Shown: positions 17,635 to 28,184, numbered from the stretch's first letter. The stretch: 64,000 bases of DNA from an uncultured Gammaproteobacteria bacterium (GCA_964422865.1 CAYRCU010000001.1:5159-69158), one strand, 5' to 3'. Numbers and translations: made by a program. Notes: generated by a model from the letters alone, not told the origin.

Positions 17635-18782
17635 TACCTGAAAGATTAAGGCCTAAAAGTCTTTATGATTTTGTGGGGCAGGGACATGTAGTCGGCAGGG
17701 GAAAAATTATAAATAAACTTTTAAGGAGTGCTGAAAAGACCGACTTTTTTCCTTCTGTTGTTTTTTGGGGGCCGCCGGGGTGTGGAAAAACCACTTTGGC
17801 TCGAATAATTTCCACTGAACTTAAACGGGATTTTTTTGAATTTTCGGCAGTGAGCACTTCTACAAAGGATATTCAAAAGGTCCTGGAGGGAGAGTTTTTA
17901 AAACCTCCCGTGGTTTTTATTGACGAAATACATAGGTTTAATAAGGCCCAGCAGGACAAGCTTCTTCCGCATGTTGAGCGAGGAGGGATGATACTGATTG
18001 GTGCAACAACTGAAAACCCCTCTTTTGAGATTATTAGACCCCTTTTGTCGCGAAGCCGAGTTATTGTTTTACATGAACTTACTGAAGAAGACTTAAAAAC
18101 AATAATTCAGAGAGGTTTGAAAGAGCTTGGGGTTGGACTGGAAAAGGATGCTGAAAAGTTTCTTGTGGAGGCCTCGGGAGGAGACGGCAGAGTGATTTTA
18201 AATGTTTTAGAAATCTCTACAAATCTTACCGGAAACAAAACTTTGAAAACTAAAAATATTGAGGAGGCGCTTCAGAGAAGACAGCTTTCGGGTGACAAAC
18301 AGGGAGAAGAGTACTACAACGTGATTTCGGCGTTTATTAAATCTATGCGTGCCTCCGACACGGATGCGGCTTTATACTACTTGGCTCGGATGCTGGAGGC
18401 CGGGCAGGATCCTTTATATATTGCCAGGAGAATGGTGATTTTTGCTTCTGAAGACGTGGGGGTAGCACAACCTACTGCAATGGTTGTGGCAAATGAAGTT
18501 TTTCGCGCTTGTGAGACGATTGGATATCCTGAATGTGCGATTAATCTTGCCCATGGGACGGTTTACCTTGCCAGGGCCAAAAAAAACAGAAGTGCGTATG
18601 ACGCTTATCAAAAAGCAAAGGCTGATGTCCACAAGTACGGCAATCTTCCTGTTCCTAAAAAATTAAGAAACCCGGTTACCAAATTAATGAAGGGCGAGGG
18701 GTATGGAAGGGATTATGAGATGTATGGCAAAAAGAGCTATTTGCCGGAAAAACTGAAGGGGAAGAAATATTTTAGAGAGTAA
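17622..18782 (+). CDS. rarA: Replication-associated recombination protein A (AAA+ ATPase RarA/MgsA)
   Basis: Walker A VVFWGPPGCGKTT, Walker B VFIDEIHRFNK, and a conserved C-terminal MgsA domain. Confidence 0.85.
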   Translation: MSTPLPERLRPKSLYDFVGQGHVVGRGKIINKLLRSAEKTDFFPSVVFWGPPGCGKTTLARIISTELKRDFFEFSAVSTSTKDIQKVLEGEFLKPPVVFIDEIHRFNKAQQDKLLPHVERGGMILIGATTENPSFEIIRPLLSRSRVIVLHELTEEDLKTIIQRGLKELGVGLEKDAEKFLVEASGGDGRVILNVLEISTNLTGNKTLKTKNIEEALQRRQLSGDKQGEEYYNVISAFIKSMRASDTDAALYYLARMLEAGQDPLYIARRMVIFASEDVGVAQPTAMVVANEVFRACETIGYPECAINLAHGTVYLARAKKNRSAYDAYQKAKADVHKYGNLPVPKKLRNPVTKLMKGEGYGRDYEMYGKKSYLPEKLKGKKYFRE

Positions 18783-20004
18783 TTTTTTCTTTATTTAAGT
18801 ATTTTTGAAGAGCCTCGGGAACATCTATTGTTCCGTCCTTATTTTGATAATTTTCGAGAATTGCAATTAAAGTTCGGCTTACCGCAATTGCTGTTCCGTT
18901 TAATAGATGAGGGTATTCGTTGTGATCTCCTTCGCGGTATTTTATGTTTAGGTTTCTCGCTTGGTAGTCGGTGGTGTTGCTGGCTGAGGTCACTTCACCA
19001 TATTCACCCCTACCCGGCATCCAGGCATCTATATCATATTTTTTGGCGGCAATTGCCCCTAAATCTCCTGTACACATCTCAACTACCCGGTAAGGAATGT
19101 TTAATTTTTGCATTATTTTTTCTTCGATTGTTAGTATTTCCCGATGAAGTGTTGAGGATTTGCCCGGTAATGAATAAATAAACATTTCCAATTTGCTGAA
19201 CTGATGTACTCGATAAAGCCCTTTGCTGTATTTTCCGTATGCCCCCGCTTCTTGTCTAAAGCAGTGGCTTACTGCCGCATAACGAAGAGGCAGGTCCGCC
19301 TTTTTTAAAACTTCATCAGCATGGTATCCGGCCATTGTCACCTCTGCAGTGGCAATTAACCCCAGATCTTGATCTTTAATCTCATAAATCTGCGCTTCAG
19401 CACCTTTTGGCTGATAGCCTGTACCTAAATAATATCTGCTTTTTGCCAGATCCGGTGTAAGAAATAATTTATAACCCTTCTTACTTAAAATCTCCATTCC
19501 AAACTGCATCAATGCAAATTCCAGGAGAACTGCGTCGTTTTTAAGAAAGTAAAATTGACTGCCGCTAACTTTTGCGCCCGCTTCAAAGTCTATAAGATCC
19601 AAGTTTTCGGCTAAGGCAAGATGATCTTTTGGTTTGAAATTAAATTTTTTGGGACTTCCCCACTTTTTTATAATTTTATTTTCGCTTTCATCTTTGCCCA
19701 GTGGAACATGGTCTGCGGGGAGGTTGGGAAGTTGAAGCAGTAATTTTTTGTATTTTGCTTCTGCGTTTTTTAATTCCGGCTCTATTTTTTTTAACCGAGC
19801 TTTGACTTTTCTGCCTTCTTTGATATTTTTTTCTTTTGCGAATTTATTTTTTTCTGCGCGAAGATTTTCATATTCCTGGATGAGATTGCTAAATTTGCCA
19901 TAGAGGTCGAGAACTTTGTCTACAAGAGCCGGATCAGACTGCTTTGCTTTTACTCCCTTTTTAACTAAGTCCGGATTTTCTTTTATGAATTTTATATCAA
20001 GCAT
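18772..20004 (-). CDS. serS: Seryl-tRNA synthetase
   Basis: N-terminal coiled-coil arm (MLDIKFIKENPDLV...). Class II catalytic core. Confidence 0.9.
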   Translation of the reverse strand: MLDIKFIKENPDLVKKGVKAKQSDPALVDKVLDLYGKFSNLIQEYENLRAEKNKFAKEKNIKEGRKVKARLKKIEPELKNAEAKYKKLLLQLPNLPADHVPLGKDESENKIIKKWGSPKKFNFKPKDHLALAENLDLIDFEAGAKVSGSQFYFLKNDAVLLEFALMQFGMEILSKKGYKLFLTPDLAKSRYYLGTGYQPKGAEAQIYEIKDQDLGLIATAEVTMAGYHADEVLKKADLPLRYAAVSHCFRQEAGAYGKYSKGLYRVHQFSKLEMFIYSLPGKSSTLHREILTIEEKIMQKLNIPYRVVEMCTGDLGAIAAKKYDIDAWMPGRGEYGEVTSASNTTDYQARNLNIKYREGDHNEYPHLLNGTAIAVSRTLIAILENYQNKDGTIDVPEALQKYLNKEKITL

Positions 20005-20022
20005 AGTTTATTATTTTTTACA

Positions 20023-20583
20023 TTATAACCCCAGTTCCTTGTGGATTTTTTGCATTGCTTCCAGGGCGATTTGAACAAATTTTTCCAGTTTTATCCCAAG
20101 CTCTTTGTCGCACAGTTCAATCTGGCTTCTGTTTGCCCCGGCGGCGAATGATTTTTGATTCCATTTTTTCATTATGGAATTAACCTTTACACTTGAGAGA
20201 TTTTTACCTTTGACCAAAGCCACGGCAACAATAAGGCCTGTGAGCTCGTCGCATGTATAAAGCGACCACTCCATTTTGTTTTTGGGTTTTGGACTGTCTT
20301 CAACATATTTCCAGCCATGAGCAAGGATTGCATCTTTAACTTCTTCGGGGACACTATATTTCTCTAGCCATTTTAAAGTCATTTTTGTGTGAAGTTTTGA
20401 GTTGTCTTTTGCTTCTTCGTAATCTGCATCGTGCAGGAGTCCTGCAAGACCCCAAGATTCTTCATTCTCATCAAAATGCCTTGCCAGAGCTCTCATAACG
20501 GCTTCAACCGCAAGCATATGGCGAACCAAGTTTTGATTGTTGGTATGACTTTTAACTAATGTTAGTGCTTCTTCTCTCGTCAT
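20023..20583 (-). CDS. HD-domain phosphohydrolase
   Basis: H...HD motif (VRHMLAVE...GLLHDADYE). Confidence 0.6.
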   Translation of the reverse strand: MTREEALTLVKSHTNNQNLVRHMLAVEAVMRALARHFDENEESWGLAGLLHDADYEEAKDNSKLHTKMTLKWLEKYSVPEEVKDAILAHGWKYVEDSPKPKNKMEWSLYTCDELTGLIVAVALVKGKNLSSVKVNSIMKKWNQKSFAAGANRSQIELCDKELGIKLEKFVQIALEAMQKIHKELGL

Positions 20584-22103
20584 TTTTTTGCTTTTTTCTT
20601 TTTTGTCTTCGGGCGGAGAGTTGGAAAGGCTATTATCTCTTTAATTGTCTTTGCGTTTGTCATTATCATGGCCAAGCGATCGATCCCGATACCCAGTCCA
20701 CAAGTAGGAGGAAAACCATGTTCGATGGCTTCCAAATAATCGATGTCTGTTTGGTGGGCTTCTTTGAAACCGGCTTCTTCCCTTTTTTCTTCTTCGATGA
20801 ACCTGTCATTAAGATCGACGGGGTCATTTAGCTCTGTGTAATTGTTCCCAATTTCCATTCCTGAGACAAAAACCTCAAATCTTTGTGTGAAGCGAGGATC
20901 TTTACATTTTTTGGCAAGAGGGGAGACCTCAATAGGATAATCATAAATGATTGTGGGCTGAATTAGTTTTTCTTCTACAATTTCTTCGAAAACAAAAGCC
21001 ATAATTTCTCCTATTTTTTGCATGCGCTCCAGCTCTTCATTTTTTTTGGCATCTTTTATTGTTTTGGACGCTTGTTTTTTGGCTTCTTCCAGTGTTTTCC
21101 AACTGAGAGGGTTGATGCCCGCAAATTTTTTAACTGCTTCGGTCAACTTAAATCTTTGCCAGGGACGTTTGAAATCAATTTCCCGATCCATAAATTGTAC
21201 TTTTGTGGATCCTGAAACGCTGACTGCTACCCGTTCGATAATCTTTTCAAAAAGATCCATACCATATGTATAGTCTTCGAAAGCTATTTGTGCTTCAAAC
21301 ATTGTAAACTCGGGATTGTGATCACGGTCTATACCTTCGTTTCTGAAAACTTTGGTTATTTCGTAAACTTTTTCGAAGCCTCCAACAATCAATCGCTTTA
21401 AATACATTTCGTCCGATATCCTTAGATAGAAGTCGGCATCCAGAGCGTTGTGGTGGGTAACAAACGGCCGAGCGAATCCTCCGCCGTATATAGGCTGCAG
21501 GGTTGGTGTTTCCACTTCCAGAAAGCCCTCTCCGTTTAAAAATTCTCTTATGGTGGAGATCACAAGACTTCTTTCAATCAACCTCTTTTTGACATCACTG
21601 TTGAGGATGATGTCTAAATATCTTTTTCTGTAACGCTCTTCTATGTCCTTTAAGCCATGCCAGGTGGAAGGCAGGGGACGGATGGATTTTACAAGAATTT
21701 TGATCTCTGAAGGCATTAGAGAAACTTCACCACTGGTTGTTTTCGTCACTTCACCCGTGGCTTGGACAAAGTCTCCCACATCAAGAAGTGTAAGATCACT
21801 AAAGCCAAGAGTTTGCTTTTTAGAGTTTGTATCTTTTAAAGCATCTTTTTTAATAAAAAGCTGAATTGATCCTGATTCATCTTGAATATTAGAGAAAACT
21901 ATTTTTCCGTGTTCTCTCCAGGACATTAAGCGGCCGGTAAGCGTAATCCTTTTTCCTTCAAACTTTTTGTAATTTTCTAATATTTGCTTATTTGAGTGGT
22001 CTTTTTTTGATTTTGAAGGGAAGGGGTCAATTCCAAGTTTGCGGAGTTTTTCTAATTTTTCCAGGCGGATCTTTCTTATCTCTTCGAGTCTTTTTTGAGC
22101 CAT
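20580..22103 (-). CDS. lysS: Lysyl-tRNA synthetase (class II)
   Basis: OB anticodon-binding domain plus class II motifs (FLEVETPTLQ, YLRISDEMYLKRL). Confidence 0.9.
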   Translation of the reverse strand: MAQKRLEEIRKIRLEKLEKLRKLGIDPFPSKSKKDHSNKQILENYKKFEGKRITLTGRLMSWREHGKIVFSNIQDESGSIQLFIKKDALKDTNSKKQTLGFSDLTLLDVGDFVQATGEVTKTTSGEVSLMPSEIKILVKSIRPLPSTWHGLKDIEERYRKRYLDIILNSDVKKRLIERSLVISTIREFLNGEGFLEVETPTLQPIYGGGFARPFVTHHNALDADFYLRISDEMYLKRLIVGGFEKVYEITKVFRNEGIDRDHNPEFTMFEAQIAFEDYTYGMDLFEKIIERVAVSVSGSTKVQFMDREIDFKRPWQRFKLTEAVKKFAGINPLSWKTLEEAKKQASKTIKDAKKNEELERMQKIGEIMAFVFEEIVEEKLIQPTIIYDYPIEVSPLAKKCKDPRFTQRFEVFVSGMEIGNNYTELNDPVDLNDRFIEEEKREEAGFKEAHQTDIDYLEAIEHGFPPTCGLGIGIDRLAMIMTNAKTIKEIIAFPTLRPKTKKKKAKK

Positions 22104-22131
22104 TTACCAGATAGTATAACGGACTTACGGT

Positions 22132-22635
22132 TTAGTTTACAGATTTAATCCTGTAAACAATCTTACCTGCCGGTGCTTCAACTTCCACTTCTTCTCCAAC
22201 CTTTTTACCTATCAGGGCTTTTCCTAAGGGAGATTCGTGAGAGATCTTCTTTTGCACCGGATCTGCTTCCCACTCACCTACTATTTCAAAGACATTAACA
22301 TCATTATTTATGACCACTGTAACTTTTGTTCCTATTTGCACTGTTCCATTGGAAGCACTGTCTGTACTGACAACTTCGGCATGATCGAGAACAGCTTTAA
22401 GCTCATCAATTCGACCGTCGAGAAATTCAAGTTCTTCTTTAGCGTTTATGTAATCGCTGTTTTCTTTCAGGTCTCCTTCGTTTCTTGCGTGCTCCAGGCG
22501 ATCAACGAGTTTTGGTCTTTTTGTATTAACCAGCTCATCATACTCCTTTTTAAGGATATCAAAGCCTTTTTTTGTTATTTGTATTTTTTTCATATTTGTC
22601 ATTTTCTCAAAATAAACCTCCATTTGCTTGCTCAC
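22132..22635 (-). CDS. greA: Transcription elongation factor GreA
   Basis: Coiled-coil N-domain and FKBP-like C-domain (GKISHESPLGKALIGKKVGEEVEV). The true start is probably the internal MKKIQIT. Confidence 0.85.
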   Translation of the reverse strand: MSKQMEVYFEKMTNMKKIQITKKGFDILKKEYDELVNTKRPKLVDRLEHARNEGDLKENSDYINAKEELEFLDGRIDELKAVLDHAEVVSTDSASNGTVQIGTKVTVVINNDVNVFEIVGEWEADPVQKKISHESPLGKALIGKKVGEEVEVEAPAGKIVYRIKSVN

Positions 22636-22878
22636 CGGAAGAAGATGTTTCCTCCGTGCGAGTTAGATCTTCTTGATGAAACAAGTCTTAGAAAGTGGGG
22701 AATTGGGAAATGCAGTTAACATAGAGGTAATTCTCAAGCGATAGCAGGAATTTTATACTCTCAAGAGTGCTTTGTCAAGATTTTGTGACATGATCTTTGA
22801 GCTTTCGGAGCAAAATGAGCTTAACTAAAAATATTGTGTTTGTTTAAGTCTGCCGGCAAAGAATTGAGTCTCAATGGT

Positions 22879-23262
22879 TCATTCGGCCATAAAATAACCA
22901 AAGAGGGGGAAGCGAAGTGTTGTCCATAAGTCTGATTCCTCTTCTTCTTTTATCTTTATGACCTTCTCAGCTAAAACCCAGGCTCTTTTTCCCAGACCTG
23001 CTCTCCTATAGCCAGTCAATGAAAGATGATCCATTGAGCCTGAAATTTCATAGTATAGAGTTATTTGAAACTCCTTTTCCAATCTGGTTAGCACTCGAGT
23101 TTGATCTCGACCCAAATCCTCCACCCCAAACAATCGCAATTTAGTCCACGCAAAAACAAGACGACGGGCACCGGCAGTGACAATTGATTGCTCTTCTTCA
23201 GATAAGGAGCTTCCACTGCCTTTATCAAAATACTCATTCAGTAGATTCTGGAGTGTTGCCAA
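22879..23262 (-). CDS. Hypothetical protein, possibly a GNAT-like fragment
   Basis: YRRAGLGKRAWVLAEKV resembles GNAT motif A, but the ORF (127 aa) is too short for a full fold. GC is higher than the flanks. Confidence 0.3.
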   Translation of the reverse strand: MATLQNLLNEYFDKGSGSSLSEEEQSIVTAGARRLVFAWTKLRLFGVEDLGRDQTRVLTRLEKEFQITLYYEISGSMDHLSLTGYRRAGLGKRAWVLAEKVIKIKEEEESDLWTTLRFPLFGYFMAE

Positions 23263-23645
23263 GTTTTCCTCTTGACCACTTATGCTATGATGACTTAGTT
23301 ATGGTTAGGTTCCTCGTAAAGTCCGACTTGGTTGCTACTCTGAAAGAAAAGGTGGCCACATCTAAGGACGATAGTCGAGTTGAAGGCCAATATGGGTTGA
23401 GAAGGCGCATCATCACCGTTGTTGTGTTTGCGATAGCAGTGATGATTTCATTTAGATTTGGACGAATTTACCAGGGATTGAAATTCAATACAAAAGCTTT
23501 CGAAAAGTTGGAAGGAGAATGTCTGCGCCAGTTATTTAGTCCCTAGGGCTAAGGAATATTCAACCGCAAGAGGTTTGTTTCGGTCTCTGGATTGTCAGTG
23601 CCATAGAATTCTGATTCTCTGTCTGGTCCGGGGCTGAGAAGAGGC

Positions 23646-24728
23646 GTGCAGTGCGTGGTATACATAACCTGGATGTACACATCTCCTCTGATGACAGACA
23701 CAATGAGCAAGAAAGGGCCGAGGGGTCGTCCTCCTGGTGGAAACCATCCACCCTTCTTTGTTTTATCTCTGATGAACAGGATTGACAAATTGTTTCTAAA
23801 ATATTACGAAAAATGCGATCGGGATTGTGTTGAAAATATAAGAAATGAAATCTTTGACAGACGAAATAATTTATCGAAGAGGAAAATACTTTACAGGAAG
23901 TATTCTTCTGTTATAGACAGGCTCCAAAAAATATTTCAGAAAATTGTTGTTGAAAGAAACAATATTGCTCAAGAAGAAGGTTTTCCTGACTATTTCTGTT
24001 ACATGAACAACTGGACCGGTTTATCTTCTAGAAATTTTATTGTTTTTGAAAAATCTTATCTGAAAATATCAAAGAAGATATCCAGTTTTTTTCTTGCCGC
24101 TCAACCGCCCGATTGGCACAAGACTATTTTTAACAATCTGGATCTTTCTGCCTTTTTTTACGACAAGAGTGTTGACATACCGAAAGATGTATTTTTGGCC
24201 TTTCGCGAATATGGTTTGAGCAAAAACCATACCAATCGAATACTATTGCTAAAGAGGGATTATCGGTATTACAAGACGGAATATGACAGAAAGTCAAAGT
24301 TGGTGCGAATTTATTATGACAAAGATGGAGGTATTGACTCTGCTGTTTTGTTTGCTCACGAACTTGGCCACGCAATAACTTATCTTAATCTGATTGATCG
24401 CAATAAAGACCCCGATGAGAAAAAATGGATTTGGCACGAATTAAGGGCCATAAAAGCAGAGTTAAACTATGAAAAATCCTTACCTGAATTGGCTCAAAAA
24501 GCGGTTCGCGATCGTGTTCTTTATCATTTTGTAAAAACTTTATTTGAAAAATCCATATACACAAATTCCGACCAAGATTTTTCTGAAATTTATGCCTGGG
24601 CACACAACCAAGTTTATCCGGGGAAGCAAGTGTCCAATCCGTTTTATGTTTTGGATACTTCTTACATCGAGGATCCTTGTTACTCTTCTCTTTATAGTGT
24701 GATTTATTCGAAGTTGTTGACGGCTTGA
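23646..24728 (+). CDS. HExxH zinc metallopeptidase-like protein (M3-like or ImmA/IrrE-like)
   Basis: HELGHAITY motif. The true start is probably the internal MSKKG or MNRIDKL. Lies in the higher-GC island. Confidence 0.45.
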   Translation: MQCVVYITWMYTSPLMTDTMSKKGPRGRPPGGNHPPFFVLSLMNRIDKLFLKYYEKCDRDCVENIRNEIFDRRNNLSKRKILYRKYSSVIDRLQKIFQKIVVERNNIAQEEGFPDYFCYMNNWTGLSSRNFIVFEKSYLKISKKISSFFLAAQPPDWHKTIFNNLDLSAFFYDKSVDIPKDVFLAFREYGLSKNHTNRILLLKRDYRYYKTEYDRKSKLVRIYYDKDGGIDSAVLFAHELGHAITYLNLIDRNKDPDEKKWIWHELRAIKAELNYEKSLPELAQKAVRDRVLYHFVKTLFEKSIYTNSDQDFSEIYAWAHNQVYPGKQVSNPFYVLDTSYIEDPCYSSLYSVIYSKLLTA

Positions 24729-25023
24729 AGTGCTGCTTTAATATCTACACTTTCGACACCCGGCCGAAGCTCTCTTGCATTTTCCAATACGATTTCTTTT
24801 ACTTTGTTTACCTTGCTGTTGCCATGATCTAAATTTTTTCCTTCGGCCATGATTACGGCCGCCCTGCGGATTTTGTTCCGCCTTAGCGGAGTAATCCCAC
24901 GAATTTGGAATTGGAATTAAATATTGTCTGGATTCGGACCCCAAGCTCAGATTTTGAGTTTAGTACTTGTTATAGCGCCTTTGTTGTCAAAGACCTATAT
25001 TTTTAGTAGAATGCAAGTTAATT

Positions 25024-25752
25024 ATGCCTGGGGTGGAATCTGAGCTGGGACCGTTGTGGGAGGGTGATCCTAAGTCAAGTGGGTTTCGTGTTTCAATTCC
25101 TGATCCTGTCGAAATGTTTTCTTGGGTAGAGCAAACGGCTTCTGAGTACGCTGGCTTCACTCGAAGGGATATTCGTAGGAGAGCCAATAAACAAGTTGAA
25201 AAATTCATTACGAGACAATCTCAACGATTTTTCCCCAATGCAAGAGAATGGAAAATTGGCATAGGTGATGAGCTTTTTTCGTCAATACGAGTGAAATTAA
25301 TGGCAGGATATAGTTCAGAGAGTGGTAAATGGGGAGATATGGTAATTTATGCGGAACCATCATCACAATCAGTTGCCTGGCAGATACCTGCCAGAGTGCC
25401 TCAAATTGCAGGAAATCTACACAGTCAAGGGATTGGTGCTTCGGTTAAGCTGAACGAGGATGGTTCGCACGCTATTATTATTCCTGAAAAGTCAGGGTCG
25501 GTCGTTATAGCCGACCTTGGGTTTGTTTCATTTGAAGAAGCGAAGCAAGCTGATTCTGATTATGACTCTAATTATATTGATAGTATTATCATCCGACTTG
25601 AAAATTTACCTATTTCGATGATCGATTTTCTGAAGAGTATTCAACATTTGCAAATTGTTACTTCCCATCTTGTTGATTCAATATATCGTGCGCTTAATAT
25701 GGAACCTCCAAATATGGTCTTTGAGCTTTCAGAACAAAGTGAGCTTCGTTGA
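25024..25752 (+). CDS. Hypothetical protein
   Basis: 242-aa ORF with normal composition and no recognisable motif. Higher GC than the core genome. Confidence 0.4.
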   Translation: MPGVESELGPLWEGDPKSSGFRVSIPDPVEMFSWVEQTASEYAGFTRRDIRRRANKQVEKFITRQSQRFFPNAREWKIGIGDELFSSIRVKLMAGYSSESGKWGDMVIYAEPSSQSVAWQIPARVPQIAGNLHSQGIGASVKLNEDGSHAIIIPEKSGSVVIADLGFVSFEEAKQADSDYDSNYIDSIIIRLENLPISMIDFLKSIQHLQIVTSHLVDSIYRALNMEPPNMVFELSEQSELR

Positions 25753-26271
25753 GATGAACTCCGAAACTAGTTGTTTTAACTGAGAAATGTTTTCGTAATT
25801 GTGTGTTTCTCCTGGAATCTCTTTTATCTGATAATTTTTTGCCTTCGATTTTTCTAATGGCTTTACCAGTTTTTGGTAGGACATAAATGGGTCTTTTGTT
25901 TGCTGGATAAAAAGGGTTGGAACTGAGTAGTTTCGTAGCCACTTGTCAGCTTGGATATTTATTGCATGATCCCAAGACATAGGGGTTCCCACAAAAATAC
26001 ACTTTAGAGGTGAGATTTTACCTTCAAAAATTCCTCTTAGAGCAAGAAGGGCTCCTGCGGATTTTGCAAATATTGTGTATTTACCAAAAGAATTTGCTTC
26101 TTTTGTGAGTATTTTAAGTTCTTCTTCTAGATTGATTAAATTTTTGTTTGTTTGCCAATGTTTATAGTATTGGATATATGTTGAGTCAAAAAGGTCTTCT
26201 AGATTTTTCTCGATTTTTTCAATCCGGTCTCTGTTGGTGATGTGATTGCCGGGGAGGAGTATCAGGTTCAT
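25729..26271 (-). CDS. Alpha/beta-hydrolase fold protein
   Basis: Nucleophile elbow AKSAG (G/AxSxG). Predicted downstream Asp and His (ETHNYENI). Confidence 0.5.
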   Translation of the reverse strand: MNLILLPGNHITNRDRIEKIEKNLEDLFDSTYIQYYKHWQTNKNLINLEEELKILTKEANSFGKYTIFAKSAGALLALRGIFEGKISPLKCIFVGTPMSWDHAINIQADKWLRNYSVPTLFIQQTKDPFMSYQKLVKPLEKSKAKNYQIKEIPGETHNYENISQLKQLVSEFISTKLTLF

Positions 26272-26601
26272 AGGAGGAATGCTTTACTCATTCACCACGC
26301 CTTGGCGGGGTGTGACCCACCGTTATTTTAATTCGAACGAAAGTGAGAATCAAGCTCCGTTTATTTCGAACGGGGAAATAATGCAATTTTTGGTTGCAAC
26401 TAAGCAATTGAATCAGATTTCTTCTCTCGAAATGAGTAATTTTGTTTCTGCTAACTAAGTACATACCTATAAAGAGAAAGAGCCTGAAGATTTTATAAGT
26501 AAAGATTGTGAGTAGCAGAGATGAGCGGGTGCTCAAATTGCAGGTGAATGCACTTCTTGGTCGACTCATGCAGTGAATAATTTTATTAAAAATCGAAAAA
26601 A

Positions 26602-26610
26602 TGTTAGAAT
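26602..26610 (+). promoter_or_regulatory. Extended -10 promoter element (TGtTAGAAT) for cysS
   Basis: TGTTAGAAT lies 20 nt upstream of the cysS ATG. Confidence 0.4.
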
Positions 26611-26629
26611 ACGTCACCGCTGTTCCTAA

Positions 26630-28036
26630 ATGCTATATTTATACAACACAGCAAGCAGAAAGAAGGAAAAACTTGTTCCTCTGATCAAAAACACAGTAAA
26701 GATTTATAGCTGCGGACCAACATTATATAACTACGCTCACATAGGAAATCTTTCAACATATCTTTTCGTAGATCTTCTTAAAAAATACTTGGAGTATTCA
26801 AGCTATGAAGTTTACGATGTGATGAATTTTACTGATGTTGATGATAAAACAATAAAATCTTCTAAAGGTAATAAAACTTTATTGAATGAAATCACCAAAA
26901 AATATGGCGATTCTGTATTGAGTGATTTTGACAAATTAAATATTCGTGAACCTAAAGTACTATGTAAAGCCACGGATCATATAAAGGAGATGATAAAAAT
27001 TGTTCAAATATTACTAGATATGGGTATTGCGTATGTTGCCGAAGATAAAAGTGTATATTTCAGAATTGCAAAATTTGATTCCTATGGAGAATTTGCAAAG
27101 ATAAAGAAAAAGGATTTACTCGCGGGAGCGAGTGGCAGAGTTGCTGCTGACGAATACGAAAAAGAGGACCTTTCCGACTTTGTTCTTTGGAAAGCTTGGA
27201 ATAAAGATGATGGAGAAATATACTGGGAATCTCCTTTTGGTCGTGGAAGGCCGGGGTGGCATATAGAATGTTCTGCCATGAGCATGAAATATCTAGGTCC
27301 AAGCTTTGATATTCACACCGGTGCAGTTGACCTGATTTTCCCACATCATCAGAATGAGATAGCTCAGAGCGAAGCAGCAACAGGGAAAAAATTCGTGAAG
27401 ATATGGTTACATAGGCAGTTTCTTCAGGTGAATAAAACGAAGATGTCAAAAAAACTGCATAATATATATACCCTCCAACAATTACTGAATAAAATTCCAA
27501 GCCCATTAGCATTCAGATATTTGGTACTGGCTAGTCATTACAGGAGTCCACTAAACTTCACTTTTAAATCACTTAGACAATCAAACAATGCAATTGACAA
27601 ATTAGGTAATTTTATTGAGAGGATATTTGAACAAGAGGATAAGCAAAAAGATACAAGACAGAATTTAAGTAGATTAAAAAAAGAGTGTACTTCTGCCAGA
27701 AAAAGTTTTGTCCGTTACATGGACGACGATTTAGACACACCACGAGCTTTGGCTAGTTTATATGTTTTTACAAAGAGGATAAATAGCTATATGGATGATG
27801 ATGTGGTTGGCCCCCAAGGTGCGAAGTTGGTTGTCCGTTTTCTAAAAGAAATTGATACGGTTTGGGGATTTATATTTCAAAACAATGATTCACTAGAGGA
27901 TAGTAAACTAAAAACCAAAGTTAAGAACTTGGTAAGTAAAAGAAACGAGTATCGCAGATTGGGAAAGTGGGAGAAAGCGGATGTAATAAGAAAAAAACTA
28001 TTAGCTATGGGAGTAACTGTTAAGGATACACAATAG
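26630..28036 (+). CDS. cysS: Cysteinyl-tRNA synthetase
   Basis: CGPTLYNYAHIGN (HIGH-type) and KMSKK (KMSKS) motifs. Zinc-binding Cys. Confidence 0.9.
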   Translation: MLYLYNTASRKKEKLVPLIKNTVKIYSCGPTLYNYAHIGNLSTYLFVDLLKKYLEYSSYEVYDVMNFTDVDDKTIKSSKGNKTLLNEITKKYGDSVLSDFDKLNIREPKVLCKATDHIKEMIKIVQILLDMGIAYVAEDKSVYFRIAKFDSYGEFAKIKKKDLLAGASGRVAADEYEKEDLSDFVLWKAWNKDDGEIYWESPFGRGRPGWHIECSAMSMKYLGPSFDIHTGAVDLIFPHHQNEIAQSEAATGKKFVKIWLHRQFLQVNKTKMSKKLHNIYTLQQLLNKIPSPLAFRYLVLASHYRSPLNFTFKSLRQSNNAIDKLGNFIERIFEQEDKQKDTRQNLSRLKKECTSARKSFVRYMDDDLDTPRALASLYVFTKRINSYMDDDVVGPQGAKLVVRFLKEIDTVWGFIFQNNDSLEDSKLKTKVKNLVSKRNEYRRLGKWEKADVIRKKLLAMGVTVKDTQ

Positions 28037-28111
28037 AACAACAAAGTTAGGATAAATTGGAACCTTCCCACAATAATAATGATTACAAGAAAATATCCAC
28101 GAATTATTTTG

Positions 28112-28184
28112 TGACCCCACCCGGATTTGAACCGGGGTTTCTGGGATGAGAACCCAGTGTCCTGAACCACTAGACGATGGGGCC
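28112..28184 (-). tRNA. tRNA-Glu (anticodon CUC)
   Basis: Hand-folded cloverleaf. Acceptor stem GGCCCCA/UGGGGUC. D-stem GUCU/GGAC. Anticodon stem CUGGG/CCCAG with loop UUCUCAU. T-stem CCCGG/CCGGG with loop UUCAAAU. 73 nt, no encoded CCA. Confidence 0.8.

Noticed and set aside
23300-23640. Possible hammerhead-like CUGAUGA...GAAA motif and ncRNA in a GC-rich spacer
   Set aside because: No helix II complementarity between CUGAUGA and GAAA. Judged a chance motif match.
26272-26400. Possible T-box leader before cysS (GGTGTGACCCACCG segment)
   Set aside because: Does not match the T-box consensus (AANNNGGGTGGNACCGCG). No specifier or antiterminator architecture recognisable, and it is on the wrong side of the promoter.
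26288-26617. 109-aa minus-strand ORF in the cysS upstream region
   Set aside because: No RBS and odd composition. It overlaps the likely cysS promoter (TGTTAGAAT), so it is more likely non-coding.
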